A stretch of DNA of 62,050 nucleotides, filler included, from Sphacelaria rigidula (Eukaryota), in NCBI GenBank assembly GCA_964200075.2. It is 10 parts of 10 records of this genome, joined end to end, with 100 filler letters (N's around TTAATTAATTAA, not from the genome) between each part and the next. Parts side by side here need not be neighbours in the genome. Positions count along the whole stretch, not along the records: positions 31,078 to 37,192 come from CAXNAA020022123.1; positions 37,293 to 43,407 come from CAXNAA020022124.1; positions 43,508 to 49,622 come from CAXNAA020022125.1; 7 more parts are not named here. One strand, 5' to 3'. The position numbers were made by a program, and so were the translations under genes. Under the pieces are notes generated by a model that did not search any database, was not told the origin of the DNA, and saw only the letters and a program-made list of their open reading frames with translations. Positions 36,969-49,535 of this stretch are shown here, piece by piece; the first letter of the stretch is position 1, and each line of letters opens with the position of its first letter.

Positions 36969-39900
36969 ACATCGCAACAACGTGCCTTGGGCACCATGCA
37001 TCACCTCGCTGAGAGAGATCTAGCCTACTTGCCCCATTCTCTCGATTATCTCGGCTTCGAGGAATGGATACGACCTCCGAACAAACTCTAGAGTCATGCT
37101 ACGATAGGGGGGGGGGGGGGTGTAGTCAGGATCATGCATGCCATAGTCAGAAGAACATTGACCTCGCATCCCCACAAAGCCGGGACGGACCANNNNNNNN
37201 NNNNNNNNNNNNNNNNNNNNNNNNNNNNNNNNNNNNTTAATTAATTAANNNNNNNNNNNNNNNNNNNNNNNNNNNNNNNNNNNNNNNNNNNNCAGAAGAT
37301 CCGGTGCCGCAGGTGGCCATTCGGACTTCAGGGAGTGGAACTCGGTTTTCCAAACTCGACGCATTCATTAGAAAAAAAAACAGTGCCGAAGTTAGGAATC
37401 GGACGGATCGGAAGAAGAAAAATGGCGTGAAATGCTCCTGTTTAAAACGGCCCAAGGAGTGAGGGTGAACCTATGTGGCAAACGGATGCAAATATCAAGT
37501 ACACTTGAATGTATTTTCGATCGGCTACTATTCCGGTGCAAACCGGCTTTAAACCCGAAGAATGCATCCGATCTGGATGACGTTTGCACACTTCTCTGAT
37601 CCGTTGGTTCGACAGGTATGGGGTACAAGTATTTTAGTGCCATCACGGATGTTGACTAGTCCCCGTTCCGTAGCATATAGTACACAGCTACTCTGTTCCG
37701 GCCTCCCAGGTCTTGAGGAAGGAGCCCCTCCACCAATAGGATCTATTTCGCCTACAACGAGAACATTTTCCACACGTTTCACGTACAGCACGATAGGGTG
37801 GTGAAGCGAGTGGGTATTACTCTACATACTAGTGGTCGAAAATCAGACGATTCGCACAATACAGGAGGACATGGGTTGGGGTACGGAGATCTAGTGTGCC
37901 CAGTACGTTCGACAGGGGGACCTCGAAACACGGTAATATACACATTGAGAATGTTTTTTTTTCCCATTGAGGATGAACCAGAACCTTAATAAGCATCGGA
38001 ATATTCTTGAGAACAAACAACTGCAAACGCACTACCCAGCCGTCATGTGTGGCCTTGCTCATCCCATGGAACAAGTCCGTCCGCAAGTTGTCGAATGTCG
38101 TGTTAACAGGGGAAACAGATTCTGACAAATAAGAGCAGTGTGTTTGAACCGGAATGAACGGGGACGAGATTGTTCGGCATTAACGTGGGATTTTCCAAAT
38201 TGCGGGTGAAAGCTTTTGAGGATGAGCGAGGTCACACCTCACGGCCGGAGCGTGCGTTAACATTTTTCTTTCTAAATGATTTCTACGCCTATCGAGGTTC
38301 CCATGGGGGAACAAGGTTAATTCTTGATATATAAATTTTTGCACAGTTGGTAAAACCCGGTGTTCTCAGCGGCTTCTCTTCTCGGGTGGTCGAGTACCAG
38401 CTGAGCCAGTCTTGGAGAGAATCTGTGGATTGCAGGCCCATTTCACCGCCATTTTTGGAATTGGACAGTCAAACTTGGTATGGAGAATCAACAGGGCATC
38501 ATAAATATATGAATATATAAATATATATTCGGACGTTGAGATTTTGTTTCATGAGCTGAAGGCAATATCAATCTTGAGTTGTCAATGACACGTCCGTAAG
38601 TCATAAAAACCAAAACTCTCAACGCCCCGAGGAACGTATTTTAATCATGTCCTTTTGAATTAGAATGCCAAGTTTAAAAGTCAAGCTCTCAAAATTAATG
38701 TGATGATGAGCGATTCCCGAAGCTGGACCGGTTGAGCTTCGGAACAGTATTTTGCAGGTCATATATCAGTCCAGTTATGGGGCTCGTGCTTTGAATATTT
38801 CCGTGGGAAATTGCCAGGGCATGATCCAGAGAAAAATTGGGACACGTATAACTTTTGCACTTTTCTCATGAACGGAGGACATTTTGGTTTAGTGATGACC
38901 ATTTTTTCACGAGAGCATTCATCACTCACCGATAAGAGAAAAAGAGGCTCCACTTTTTTGTTTTCAGTATGCCCTTGTTGTGATTCTCCACGCTCAATTT
39001 CAGATCACAACTTGAAAAATTGGTCTGAAAAACTGAGACGAGGGCCTAAAACAGTGTTTATGTCTCTCTAATACACCCGTAAGACATGAAATAAAATCTC
39101 AAGGAGCTTAAGGTCTTTATATTAATTATGCCCTAGCGATTCTCCATACCAAATCTCCAGGCACGATAACTCTCATAACAGAGATGCGAAATCCAGTTTT
39201 TTTTTGTAGTGCACTTGGTGCCTCTGCTCGTAACATATTGCTTTTAGGATCCAATAACATGTGCGCCGTACCGCGAGATGGATATCAAATTAGGTGAAGG
39301 TGAGGGCATCGATCGTTGTCACGTGCTCCAGGGAATGCTCACACCGAAAATCGTCATCATCCGGTGTACATCTCGTTCGTGGTTTCATATATTGTAGACT
39401 GTAAAACTACTCGAAATGGCGTTTAAAACGTGAAAGCAATTGGTTCAGGCTTTTTGGCAGATGGGCATCTTTGACTTGATTAAAGTATTAATACGATGAT
39501 ATGCGGATCACGGCCATATTCGTCTGTGTCGATGAGACATGGTTGTGACAGCTTAAAATATGTATCCGTGTCCAGGTTGGCCCAGCTCGTAGAAATTCGA
39601 AGTACACATGTTACCACAAAGTGGTGTAAGAAGGGACCCAAAGTGCAATGAAAAAACTCTGCGCAACACCCACGGAAGAGACACAAAAGTTTATAGTTTA
39701 CTGGGGAAAAGGGACTTCCCGACGGGAGAGGTGGCATACCAAGAGGGTGTATCATTACTGGGCTTCCCCTACAGTATACTCTACTCGTACTACTATACTG
39801 TTCTCTACTCGTAACCGAACACTACTTGCACACAAGTGACAACGCCTACGCTGACGACACGAGCGCGGCCGACGCGAGCACGATCACCAAATCAACTATG

Positions 39901-41699
39901 GACTCACCCCTAAAACACATGACAATTGTTGATGATCCGAACGGCGCACTGGCAGGCTCCCCAGCAGAGTCTGTTCCGTGTGCGCCTGTGCACCTCCTTG
40001 AATAGCAGCTTCATCTCTGCAACGGCCCATAGGTTGATGTCGTCGATTGTCACCCCTCGGCGCGTGAGTGATTTCAATAGGGTACTCCCATGCCCGCTTT
40101 CTGGTGAGTGCTTTTTCGGCAGATGGACGCAAGCACCCTCCACGCCACTGTTCGGCAATCTGTTAACTGGGCTCATGATGCGGGAGCACAGACTTTCACC
40201 CACTTGAATGGCATATTGTGCTCCCTATTATGGCACCGTTGCTGACATCATGCCGAGCTCCAGGACCATCTTTAACTTGGAGGCTTTTCACGTCTGAACG
40301 AGGTAGCGCCACCCAAAAGCAATGTCGATGGTACAGATCTCATGTCGCTGGCACAGGCCTGAGAGTAGTTGAAGCCCCGTAGCCATATTTGCACGTCGTG
40401 CAAGTCTGTTCCACAACTGGATCTGGATCCGGCGGTATTGAGTTGGTCTCCGGAAAAAAAGCGTGAAACATCTATTCGCTGGCACATATCATCCGTAAAG
40501 CAGATCCAAGACACTGGGATTCCGAAGGAGTTGACGTGTGTCATTGGAACGGTGTTGACGAATCTACGATATCTATCGATGAGCTCCTCCGACAATGCAA
40601 GACACCTGCTTCTTCTACCATCAGAGGGAGGTAAACACCGTGATCTACGGGTGATGTATCGCTTTACCTTGTACCGTGCTTCAAGAATGACAACCGTGAC
40701 TGCCCACCGTGCACTTCTCGATGCAATCTCAACTGCACCTCCTTCGTTGTTGTCATCAAGAGTTGCACACCGCAATCTGAAACCGACCATAATTTTCTTT
40801 GGAAATTGAGATAGGATGGCTCGACTGCATCTGAAAAGACAGCAGCATCTTCAAGAGCACCGCGTCTCACGTTCTTGACCGAACGCAACCACGACAGCGC
40901 AGACCTACACTCGGGTATCTCTCGTAGCAAGCACGAGGATGGCTGCTGCACAGTGAGTCATGGAAAACTATCACTCCCTGTAATGACAAGACACAACAAG
41001 GCAATACAACACCTACGCACCACCAGCCCCGAAAAGACACGTACACCCACCACTCACGCGCATGAGTTCCAGCGGTAGCCCTGGCTAATCTACACACGGC
41101 GGTCTTTGTTTGACGAAAATACGTTCTGTATTAGAGGAGTAGCGCCTGCTGCGTGCGTGTCAAATTTCAATCGAAGTCGTGTCGCTGATGACCCTTGTTT
41201 GTGTGCGTGGGTGTGCTGTGCGCGTGTCCGTCTCGTCTCATTGAACACGGAACAGAATCGAGCACGGTCACGCACAACGTGCTCAGCTGATGAGCAGCTA
41301 CGACTCGAGCTGTTTGTTTTTGGTTTGCAGGGGCACCAAGTTCGTCAAGTTCAGCTCTGATTGTGTTGGGCATGCCCTTTGCATCAGCCGCTGTCAACGG
41401 GACATGTATGTTACCTTCGAGCTATCCGGAAATCCTCCTTTCAAAAGAGGACTTCAGGAAGTGTTTTTGCACTTCCTGAAACAATTCCTCGACCCCCATA
41501 GGAGTAGGAACGGTGCTCCGTCTCGAAAGGGATGCGTGGTCAATGGTCAAATGACTAAGGCAAGCAACNNNNNNNNNNCTCCGGCGCGAAAAGGATGGAG
41601 GGTGAACGGTAAAAAAACAAAAAAACACCACAAATAAGTCCCCCCCCCCCCCCCCCCCCGAAAAAAAAGGTACATCCAATCCACCTCATCCATTAGACC

Positions 41700-42681
41700 A
41701 CACTTCATCGCTAGCCTCATACCAGGTGTGAAGGATGACTCACGATCTAGTATTAGCTTTGATAGGAGACTCCTCGCGGTACCATACGGGAATGAGTGGT
41801 TTCCCCTACAGTATATAGCTGCTGCTATGATATTCCCCTATTCCTCCTCTGATAATCCCCTCATCATGACACCATTGTTCTCGAACTGACCGACTGCGTT
41901 AAGTACTATCGATATCTTGTTGCACTCCACCTCGATTCACAACTGGGATGGATACGGTACTGGCATACTATTGCATGTGTATATGACACTACATGGTAGC
42001 ATCTGTGGAGTACTACCCCTCCCCACAATGGAATCTCCCCCCGTGAGTATCCTCAAACTGGGTGTTGAGAAGCCATTCCCGTTGTTATGCTCCACATCTA
42101 CAGCGAGGGCCAGTCTGTCGGAGCTAAGTATCATGACCTCGTCCTCGCCGATGGCAGTACCCTTTGTGATTACCCGGGAGTTGATACTACAACATGCTCC
42201 ATTCATCACCTCGGATAACTGTCTAAGCAGCGCACTCTTACCCGCATTGCTAGGACCAATGATTGCTAGTACATACGACCTAGATTTGGGCTTTACTACC
42301 ACGTTGCCTAAAATGCAAAGTTGTGCGGGTGAGTCATATCCCATGACATCCGTAATCCTCCTCATGCCTGACTTCCGAGTTGCAATCCGCCTTGATAGTA
42401 TGGGGCACCATTGTATTGGACAGTGGCGATATACATAGAAACGGTATTGTGTTATCCTTACGGTCCACCAACCTAGCTCTAGTGAGTTGTATTACAGGGG
42501 ACCCCAGTGTATCAGTCCCAGTGATGCCCGTAACATCATTGACCACGTACCTAGTACCTGCCAAACAAACGCTGGGTGGGAGTATGATCATTGGAAGGGG
42601 TGTCATCCGTAGCATGTCCCTTATAGAGCTACAGTATGGCCTATGACCTGGAGGGAGTGTTTGACCAGAGAGGTATGTCAT
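41700..42681 (-). pseudogene. Decayed D5-like superfamily-3 helicase of viral or Polinton-like origin
   Basis: ORF 41937-42365 has Walker A IIGPSNAGKS, Walker B-like LALAVDVE, D5-type RILTGGDSIVGR and sensor VIYTCN. The upstream part (42334-42681) is in another frame, with an in-frame TGA at 41937 and no introns. Confidence 0.75.
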
Positions 42682-43058
42682 GTCAGAGGGAGGAGTTGTT
42701 GGCAGGTGCTCTACCGTTCAGTTGTGGTTTTCAATGCACAGCGACATACAGAACTAATCAAGGACCCACTACGTTACATTTTAGCAGCTCCACTGAAATG
42801 GTCATCGCAAAGTTGACTAAGATCCAAGAGCACAAACCTCTCTTCTTCATGGGTCACATCTACTACAAATATGATAATGAGGTGATGCTGACTCATCTGC
42901 TCAGTGGGGAACTGGACTACCTGGATATGACTGAGTACAACGACCTGTTCATGGACACATCGTCCAAAGGTACGTCCGGGTACGAGTTGAGGTGCACGAT
43001 CACAATAAGAAGGGTCAACAATGTGGACACGATAGAGTGGTATAGACTCAGCAACTAG
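42636..43058 (+). CDS. Intronless hypothetical protein divergent from the SF3 helicase (possibly viral)
   Basis: 140-aa open frame with ordinary globular composition, head-to-head with the helicase. No recognisable motif. Confidence 0.45.
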   Translation: MAYDLEGVFDQRGMSCQREELLAGALPFSCGFQCTATYRTNQGPTTLHFSSSTEMVIAKLTKIQEHKPLFFMGHIYYKYDNEVMLTHLLSGELDYLDMTEYNDLFMDTSSKGTSGYELRCTITIRRVNNVDTIEWYRLSN

Positions 43059-44130
43059 AATCTCCTGGAGTCCTGCACACTAGCTAACATAGCAAAGCAT
43101 GAGGGCATAGATGCCAAAATGAAAGATGCTAGTTTTAGCCCACACATGACAGATGGGGAGTTTAAGTACATGCTGGAGTACAACATCCACGACTATAGGA
43201 TACTGGTAAAGCTGTGGGAAAAGAAGAGGATAAGGAGTGGCATACTCTCGATATGTGGGGAAGCAGGAAAAAGTCTCTGAAAGTGGCGATACCGCAGAAT
43301 AAAGCAACTCATTGCTCGCTGTCATCCAAATGCAAGGTAATTAGTAAGCTTCGGGCCGAACAATCTTAGCAGGATGGAACTCATCCTTTATGCGACTCGC
43401 CGAACACNNNNNNNNNNNNNNNNNNNNNNNNNNNNNNNNNNNNNNNNNNNNTTAATTAATTAANNNNNNNNNNNNNNNNNNNNNNNNNNNNNNNNNNNNN
43501 NNNNNNNGAGAAAATTAGCAGCGTGGACAAATCAGAAACGAGCGAATTCGATTCGACCGCACGTTTTCGACACGAAAACAAGTTGATAAGGCACGGCCTG
43601 ATTGGATTGATTTGATTGATTGCCGCACTTTATCTGACCCCCCAGAGGTCCAGCCGTGGTCTCATCATGGACGTGCTCAAGAAAAACGAAACTGAAACAC
43701 GCTCTCTCTGGAGAAAAGAAGGAACAGGCAAAATCAACACAAGCAAAGCTGGTAACGGATTATAAAGCCGGTGTTACAATGGTTTGAAATCATTATCCAC
43801 AATGTTAATATAAGCATTATTACCATTATTACTATTATTATGATAATGACCAGTTATAACTACTGGTGGTACTGTTCCGAACTCTAAGGTTTACGCACCG
43901 CCCCGCATTCCCGAAAACCTCATTCTTGTCGACGGGGGAAGGGGGAAGGTAGTATACCCCCTTTTCGAGGGGTGGGTACCCGCTTGATCAGATGGATAAT
44001 GGCGATAGTAGGTATACTGTACAGTGCCGTACAGTATGCTAAGAAAGCAAGGTACACTTACCCGCATGCAATGGGAACGTGGCACATGCCCCACTCTGAA
44101 AACATGATGCTGTGTCAGTACCCGCGCTCG

Positions 44131-44394
44131 GAGCAATGCTACGGTATGGGTGCACGTTTTTCGCGAAATATTGTCTAGTTCAGGGGCTCCTAACGACTCT
44201 AGATGCACAATAATATGGGTCAGGGCATCCTCGTTTGCAAATTCATTCGGGATATCCCCAGCACATTGAAGTAGTAATCCTGGCGTGTGCTTCCACATGT
44301 TTACACAAGTAAGTGGCGTTTTGCATGAAATCAACGGCTGCTAACAATCCCAAGCCCAGGAAATATTTGTGCAACCCCTACCGTAGCATCACTC
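44131..44394 (-). mobile_element. Sola-like MITE
   Basis: Same TIRs as 17643-17910; 4-bp TSD CTCG. Confidence 0.85.
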
Positions 44395-44748
44395 CTCGGT
44401 TTCGTCCGTAAAACGACATTTTTTCAAGAGTCGGACGAATCAATGAATCGTCTGGTAATAACTTGATTCTAGTATTATGAATCGTGCCGGACGAACCAAT
44501 CCTCAGGCTCTGATTGCAGCGTCGCAACCCAGGTACACTCGTCCCGGGAACGTGGAATGGCGCAAAAATTGCGTGGGGATCTTCTTGACCGCAGCGGACA
44601 ACGCTTTTCTCTCTTTCGAGCAATCACGCCTTTAAAAAAAATGTAGGTTTAGTGATTTGAACCGGCGATGATTCGTCCGAACCGTGGAATATTTCAGGAA
44701 CGGTCTCGGTAATTTATAGGCTTGAAATAGAGCTGCCGCAAAGCACTT

Positions 44749-45100
44749 CACACGCGGCCATTTGGCTACCCCCAAAATTCCTCCAGGGCGGTACACTTCT
44801 CGATCTTTCAGAGGAAATAAAAGCCTCCGGAGGGGTGCGCGGCCCTCCAGAGGGGTGTTCTTTCGTTTCCTCCGGAGGAATTCAACGCCTCCGGAGGCTT
44901 GTTTTTGTCTCGGAGGGCCGCGCATCCCTCCGGAGGCATTTTCCTACCCCTGAAATTCCTCCGGAGGGATGCGCGACCCTCCAGGGTGGTAGTGTTTGAT
45001 TTCCTCCTGAAGGCTTCGGGAGGCATGTTTTGCCTCGATCTGGAGGGCCGCGCGCATCCCTCTGGAGGCATTTTGGGGGGTAGTCACATGACCGCGTGTG
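44749..45100. mobile_element. CACTA/EnSpm-like non-autonomous element
   Basis: CACACGCGGCCA...TGACCGCGTGTG termini, 2-bp TSD TT, CCTCCGGAGG repeats. A related shorter copy lies at 47334-47537. Confidence 0.78.
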
Positions 45101-46221
45101 TTGGCATTATCATCCCCATAACGGCGCGTTCTTATATCGAAGGGGATTGTCCCGGGCCAGTAACGACCAGTTTGAGTCTTATCTCGAAGTACTTTATCCG
45201 GATCGAAGCCCAGATTTGCACACAGGTTCCTCAGGTTCACATCTCGTTGTGTGGCGACCTAAGATCTAATGATAAAGTTCAAGTTTAGTTGGGCGTATAT
45301 AGATTTATGGTTGTTTTTTTCAAACAAGCATATCATAACGCTATCCTTAGTCCTATAACCCCACCCCGTGCGAGCGTACGAGACCCTCGGGCAGGGGGGG
45401 TGCATAGGTTCCCTTACGCAATAAGTTTGCGTTGGCAGACCTCAAATCGACGCCGCAGGCGTCGATTTCGACCAAACACGTTCTGGACGAGCTTGGTCCG
45501 CTGCTCACCTGCCCCAAACAATGAATTTTCTCGGAACTTTTTCAAGTCTACAATCAAGTAGTCATGCCTTCAACCATAGATATGCGCTCAAAGCTTTTTA
45601 AGGTCTACTGGAGGCTGCCAATCAAGGGACATACAGTACAGTATATGTTATCATCGTTCAGGGGGTGTACCCATTATCACCCGAAATCTCTTTTAAAAAG
45701 GGGATGTTATCGCAAGCGACCGTTTAGCGGTCATTTTGTCAAGGAGCTTTCGAAAAGGGGATCATCCTCCTCGATAAGAACCCGCCCGAAGGCAGGTTTG
45801 CTTATGCCCAGCGTATTCCTTCGAACCAAATTCGTTACAACGGAAGGACTTCTCTCCGAAAACCTTGAGAAAAATATTTCCGGAGGGTTGCAGCACGCAG
45901 TCGGGAAAATGACCCATTACGATCTCCAGCCACGTTGCGTCTCCGTGCGTACCCCTCTTCCTGCTTCACTCGCGTCCCGCACATCCGGCACACCGCATTC
46001 CCATCAGTCACTTCAACCCTCCTACTTACGCTCACCATCCCCACATCTCTACCGGACCAGGCAGCGTCTCCAACAGGCCTAAATATCACTATATTTCGCC
46101 TACAGTTTGCTGTGTGCACCCGCTGCTCATCAGAATGATCATGCTCGACAGTGAACGTCCCGCAGCCACAGTGGTCCGCACAACTACCAGTCAAGGCCGC
46201 AAGCCTAACGCGAGATGGACG

Positions 46222-46518
46222 ATGATGGCAATGGGAAGAATAACCACTACTGTGCTACTGCTCTCATCGACGGCTCCGGCACGCAGTTTCATCGTGATGC
46301 CCGCCACGATACCCATCGCCGCTCCGCGCCAATCTAGCTGTTTCTCGTTCGCGACCACCACATCTACCCCACACCGGGCAACCAAAAATAGTGTCTGTAC
46401 TGCAGGGACTTCAGCGAATGTGTTGGATACGCAGCAGCAGGAAGAGATCAAGGGCCGCCGCCGCCGTAGCAGCAGCTTCTTGTCCCTGGTGCCGTGGCGG
46501 GCGCCGAGCGAGACTAAG
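46222..46518 (+). CDS. First exon of a probable nucleus-encoded plastid-targeted protein
   Basis: MMAMGRITTTVLLLSSTAPARS|FIVMPA... resembles a signal peptide with an ASAF-like cleavage motif, then a Ser/Thr/Arg-rich transit-like segment. Donor AAG|gtgag at 46518. Confidence 0.6.
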
Positions 46519-49084
46519 GTGAGAGGGAGCGTTGTTCTTGTGTAGGGTCGGCCATGCATAAATCAGTGGCCGGATTGTGAAGATTGGTGGATGCTTGGTA
46601 AGACCTGCGAACAGCATACGTTCTGTTTATTGTTCATGCGGCTCTTTTGGCTGCATTTACAGTACTGTAGTGCTCGAGGAGTCTTTTCCTATGGAGGTAC
46701 TGTAGATCAACGCCACCTACCTTCTAGAGTGATCGAAATCATACACTTTTTTACGTGGTTATTTTAGACTACTACTACTTCTACTCTGGCCGTGTCTTAT
46801 CAAATTAATCGTACGGTGGAATCGGGTTTGCTCGTACCTGGTACATCAGCGGCGTTCATGTTCTCCACCATCTATCTATCTGAGAAAATAAGTAGCGTGG
46901 ACGAATCAGTAGAAACGAGCGAAGTCGATTCGACCGCACGTTTTCGACACGAGAACATTTCGACAAGAAATGGCCTCTGAGATGCGAACAACAGGTGTGG
47001 ACAAATTTGCTTCGGGTACCCTTGTATTCAAAAGCTATACTCGTATGCATGCATACACTTCGTCGCTGCGGATGGGTAAATTCCGGCAATAAATAATTCA
47101 AGGTTACGTCAAAAAGTTCGAGTCGAATAACAACAGGTCATCAATGTATCGCTGGTGAGTGAGTGCTGATCCAATCCACGAGGTTACCGGGTGTAAGGTG
47201 TGTACACCGGGAGAGAGATGGGTTAGCTCCCTTGACAACAATATGGATTTGCCCCGAGGAAGGAGGGAAGGGCAGCAAGTTTGACGGAGGCGGAGGAGCA
47301 TTACTTTAACTTTCGTGTCAACTCAACGACATACACGCGCGGCCAATCGGCTCCGCCTCAAAATTACTCCCATCACTAGAGGGTATATATTCCTCTTGAG
47401 GGAATCAAGCCCTCCTGAGGATTGCAGAGGACTTCAAATACTCTCGAGTAAGCGACAGCAAAAGCAAAGCAATTACGAAGTAAATTCTCCGGGGGGTTGA
47501 AAACATATGTTGGACGGGAGCCGATTGGCCACGTGTGCAGGGTTGCACAATCGCACAGGCAGTATGGCACAGCGTTCTAGGCAAGCTGCCGCGCGATTTT
47601 CCTCCGCAGCGTGCGGTCAGAGATGGTATCATCAGAGAGTTTCGGAAGAAACTTTTTTTTGTATTTCGGAGTGAAATATCTCTGGATCAAAGTGCAGAAC
47701 AAACAAACAAAAAAACACGAGAAAAAACTTAGGGGGATACCACATTTATTTGACGGAGGGGGAAATAAATTTTCGTCATACGCTCTGACCCTGACGCATT
47801 TGCACGCTGAAATGAAAAAAACGTTTTCCGGAACTCTATATTGCCTTCTTCCCGATTTTTTCCGCACCACTGTCGGGGCATATACCGGCGCAAAAAATGC
47901 TCATGAAATCAAAGTAAAAATATGTACTCAAACCCGACGCTTTATTGGACCTCTACCCAGCACAACGGTGAGCCCGTGTTGACCCTTCGACTGCCAGAGT
48001 AGGTCATCTAGGTTACGGGCTATGTTTTGCTGTAAACGTCATGCCGATTCAACAGATGGCCTACCCCGGCGGTCGAAAGGTTCAGGCGGTACCATAAAAG
48101 GTGGGACTGCCGATAAGGGTATGTTGGAAAAATTTAGACGATGTAGTCCATATTCATTATGTTTGAATGGAGTTGTTGCAGCAAAAGGTAGCGGTACAAC
48201 ATGTATGTTGCGTTTCAACGAAACAACGAACCACGTAAGACCGTTTCTTAAGTATCCTTTTCACGGAGAGTACCTCTTACGTTGATTCATAGTCTACCTG
48301 TGTGAATGACGTTTCAGGTAGGATACTGCTACAGTAGGCGTGTTGCCATGATTTGTCAATGAAAGATACTCTAGCAGAGTATTTCGGCCACGTAAGCTAC
48401 AGGATATCTTGTGTGCAACTTTGCAGTTAATCTAAGCTAGCAAGGCTACCGCGTCAGCAATAGCGAGGTTGAATTGAATGATACGATTAGACCTTACGTA
48501 CGTGGAGATTTTTCGATTCTTCTTCCAGGATTAAACATGGTTGTAAGCGGTGGTCTATCGCCCTTGCAATCACTCTCCCAAGCTTACCAAGCTTACCCAG
48601 CTCTTCTTCATTTCCTCAGCACTCTGCTTGCAAAAGAGGCTTCCTTGATTTTGTTCGGCCGAAGTGAAGAGCCCTAAACACCATTTTTGCCTTTGGACTT
48701 TCTGTCTGCTGCAGAAGCAAGTGGTTTGACTACCAATGTCCAACCTCTGCTAACCTACTGTCTCCGCGACGGTAGTCGGTCTGTGTCGAGAACAGTACCA
48801 AACGCCACGAGCCACAAATATGTCTAACAACCCCTACCATCCTGTTGTGTCGTCATCCGCCACCCCATAATCCTTATCCTATAATTCATCATTAGCAAAC
48901 ACAAACCTCAGGTTTTCTTCGAAACAGTGTTACGACGGGGGTTACTGTCACATTTCCCACCACCACCCACGAAATGAGACCCGACGGAGTCAAAGAAGCG
49001 CACAGAGGGTTATATTGTGATGCGTGAGAGGACCGCATACTTAGAGGACCGCGCCGCAGTTTTAAATACCTCAGGATCAAGGGT

Positions 49085-49535
49085 AGGTCGAGTAGAGTAT
49101 GTACTTTTGAGTACTCGAGTAAAATACTCAAGTCCTCACTCTACTCGACGTTTGAGTAGGTCGAGTACGGCCTCGAAAATACTCTACTTCAATTTTGAGT
49201 ACATCGAGTACGGCTTCAAATACTCTGCTCGAATCTTGAGTACGTCGAGTACGACCTCAAATACTCTACTCAAATATTGAGTAAGCACTCTCAGCAATAC
49301 TCGATTATAGAGCATCACGTGAGTATGACCTCAATACTCTACTCAAATTTTGAGCACGTCAAGTACGGCCTCGAATACTCTCCTCAAATTTTGAGTACGT
49401 TGAGTATGATCTCAAATACTCTACTCAAATTTTGTGTACGTCGAGTACGGCCTCAAATTACTCTACTCAATTTTCAAGTAGATGGAGTACGACCTCGAAT
49501 ATACTCTACTCAAACATTGAGTAAGCACTCTCAGT
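49085..49535. repeat. ~41-bp minisatellite (TCGAGTACGGCCTCAAATACTCTACTCAAATTTTGAGTACG-like)
   Basis: About 9-10 degenerate tandem units rich in GAGTA/TACTC inverted motifs. Confidence 0.85.
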
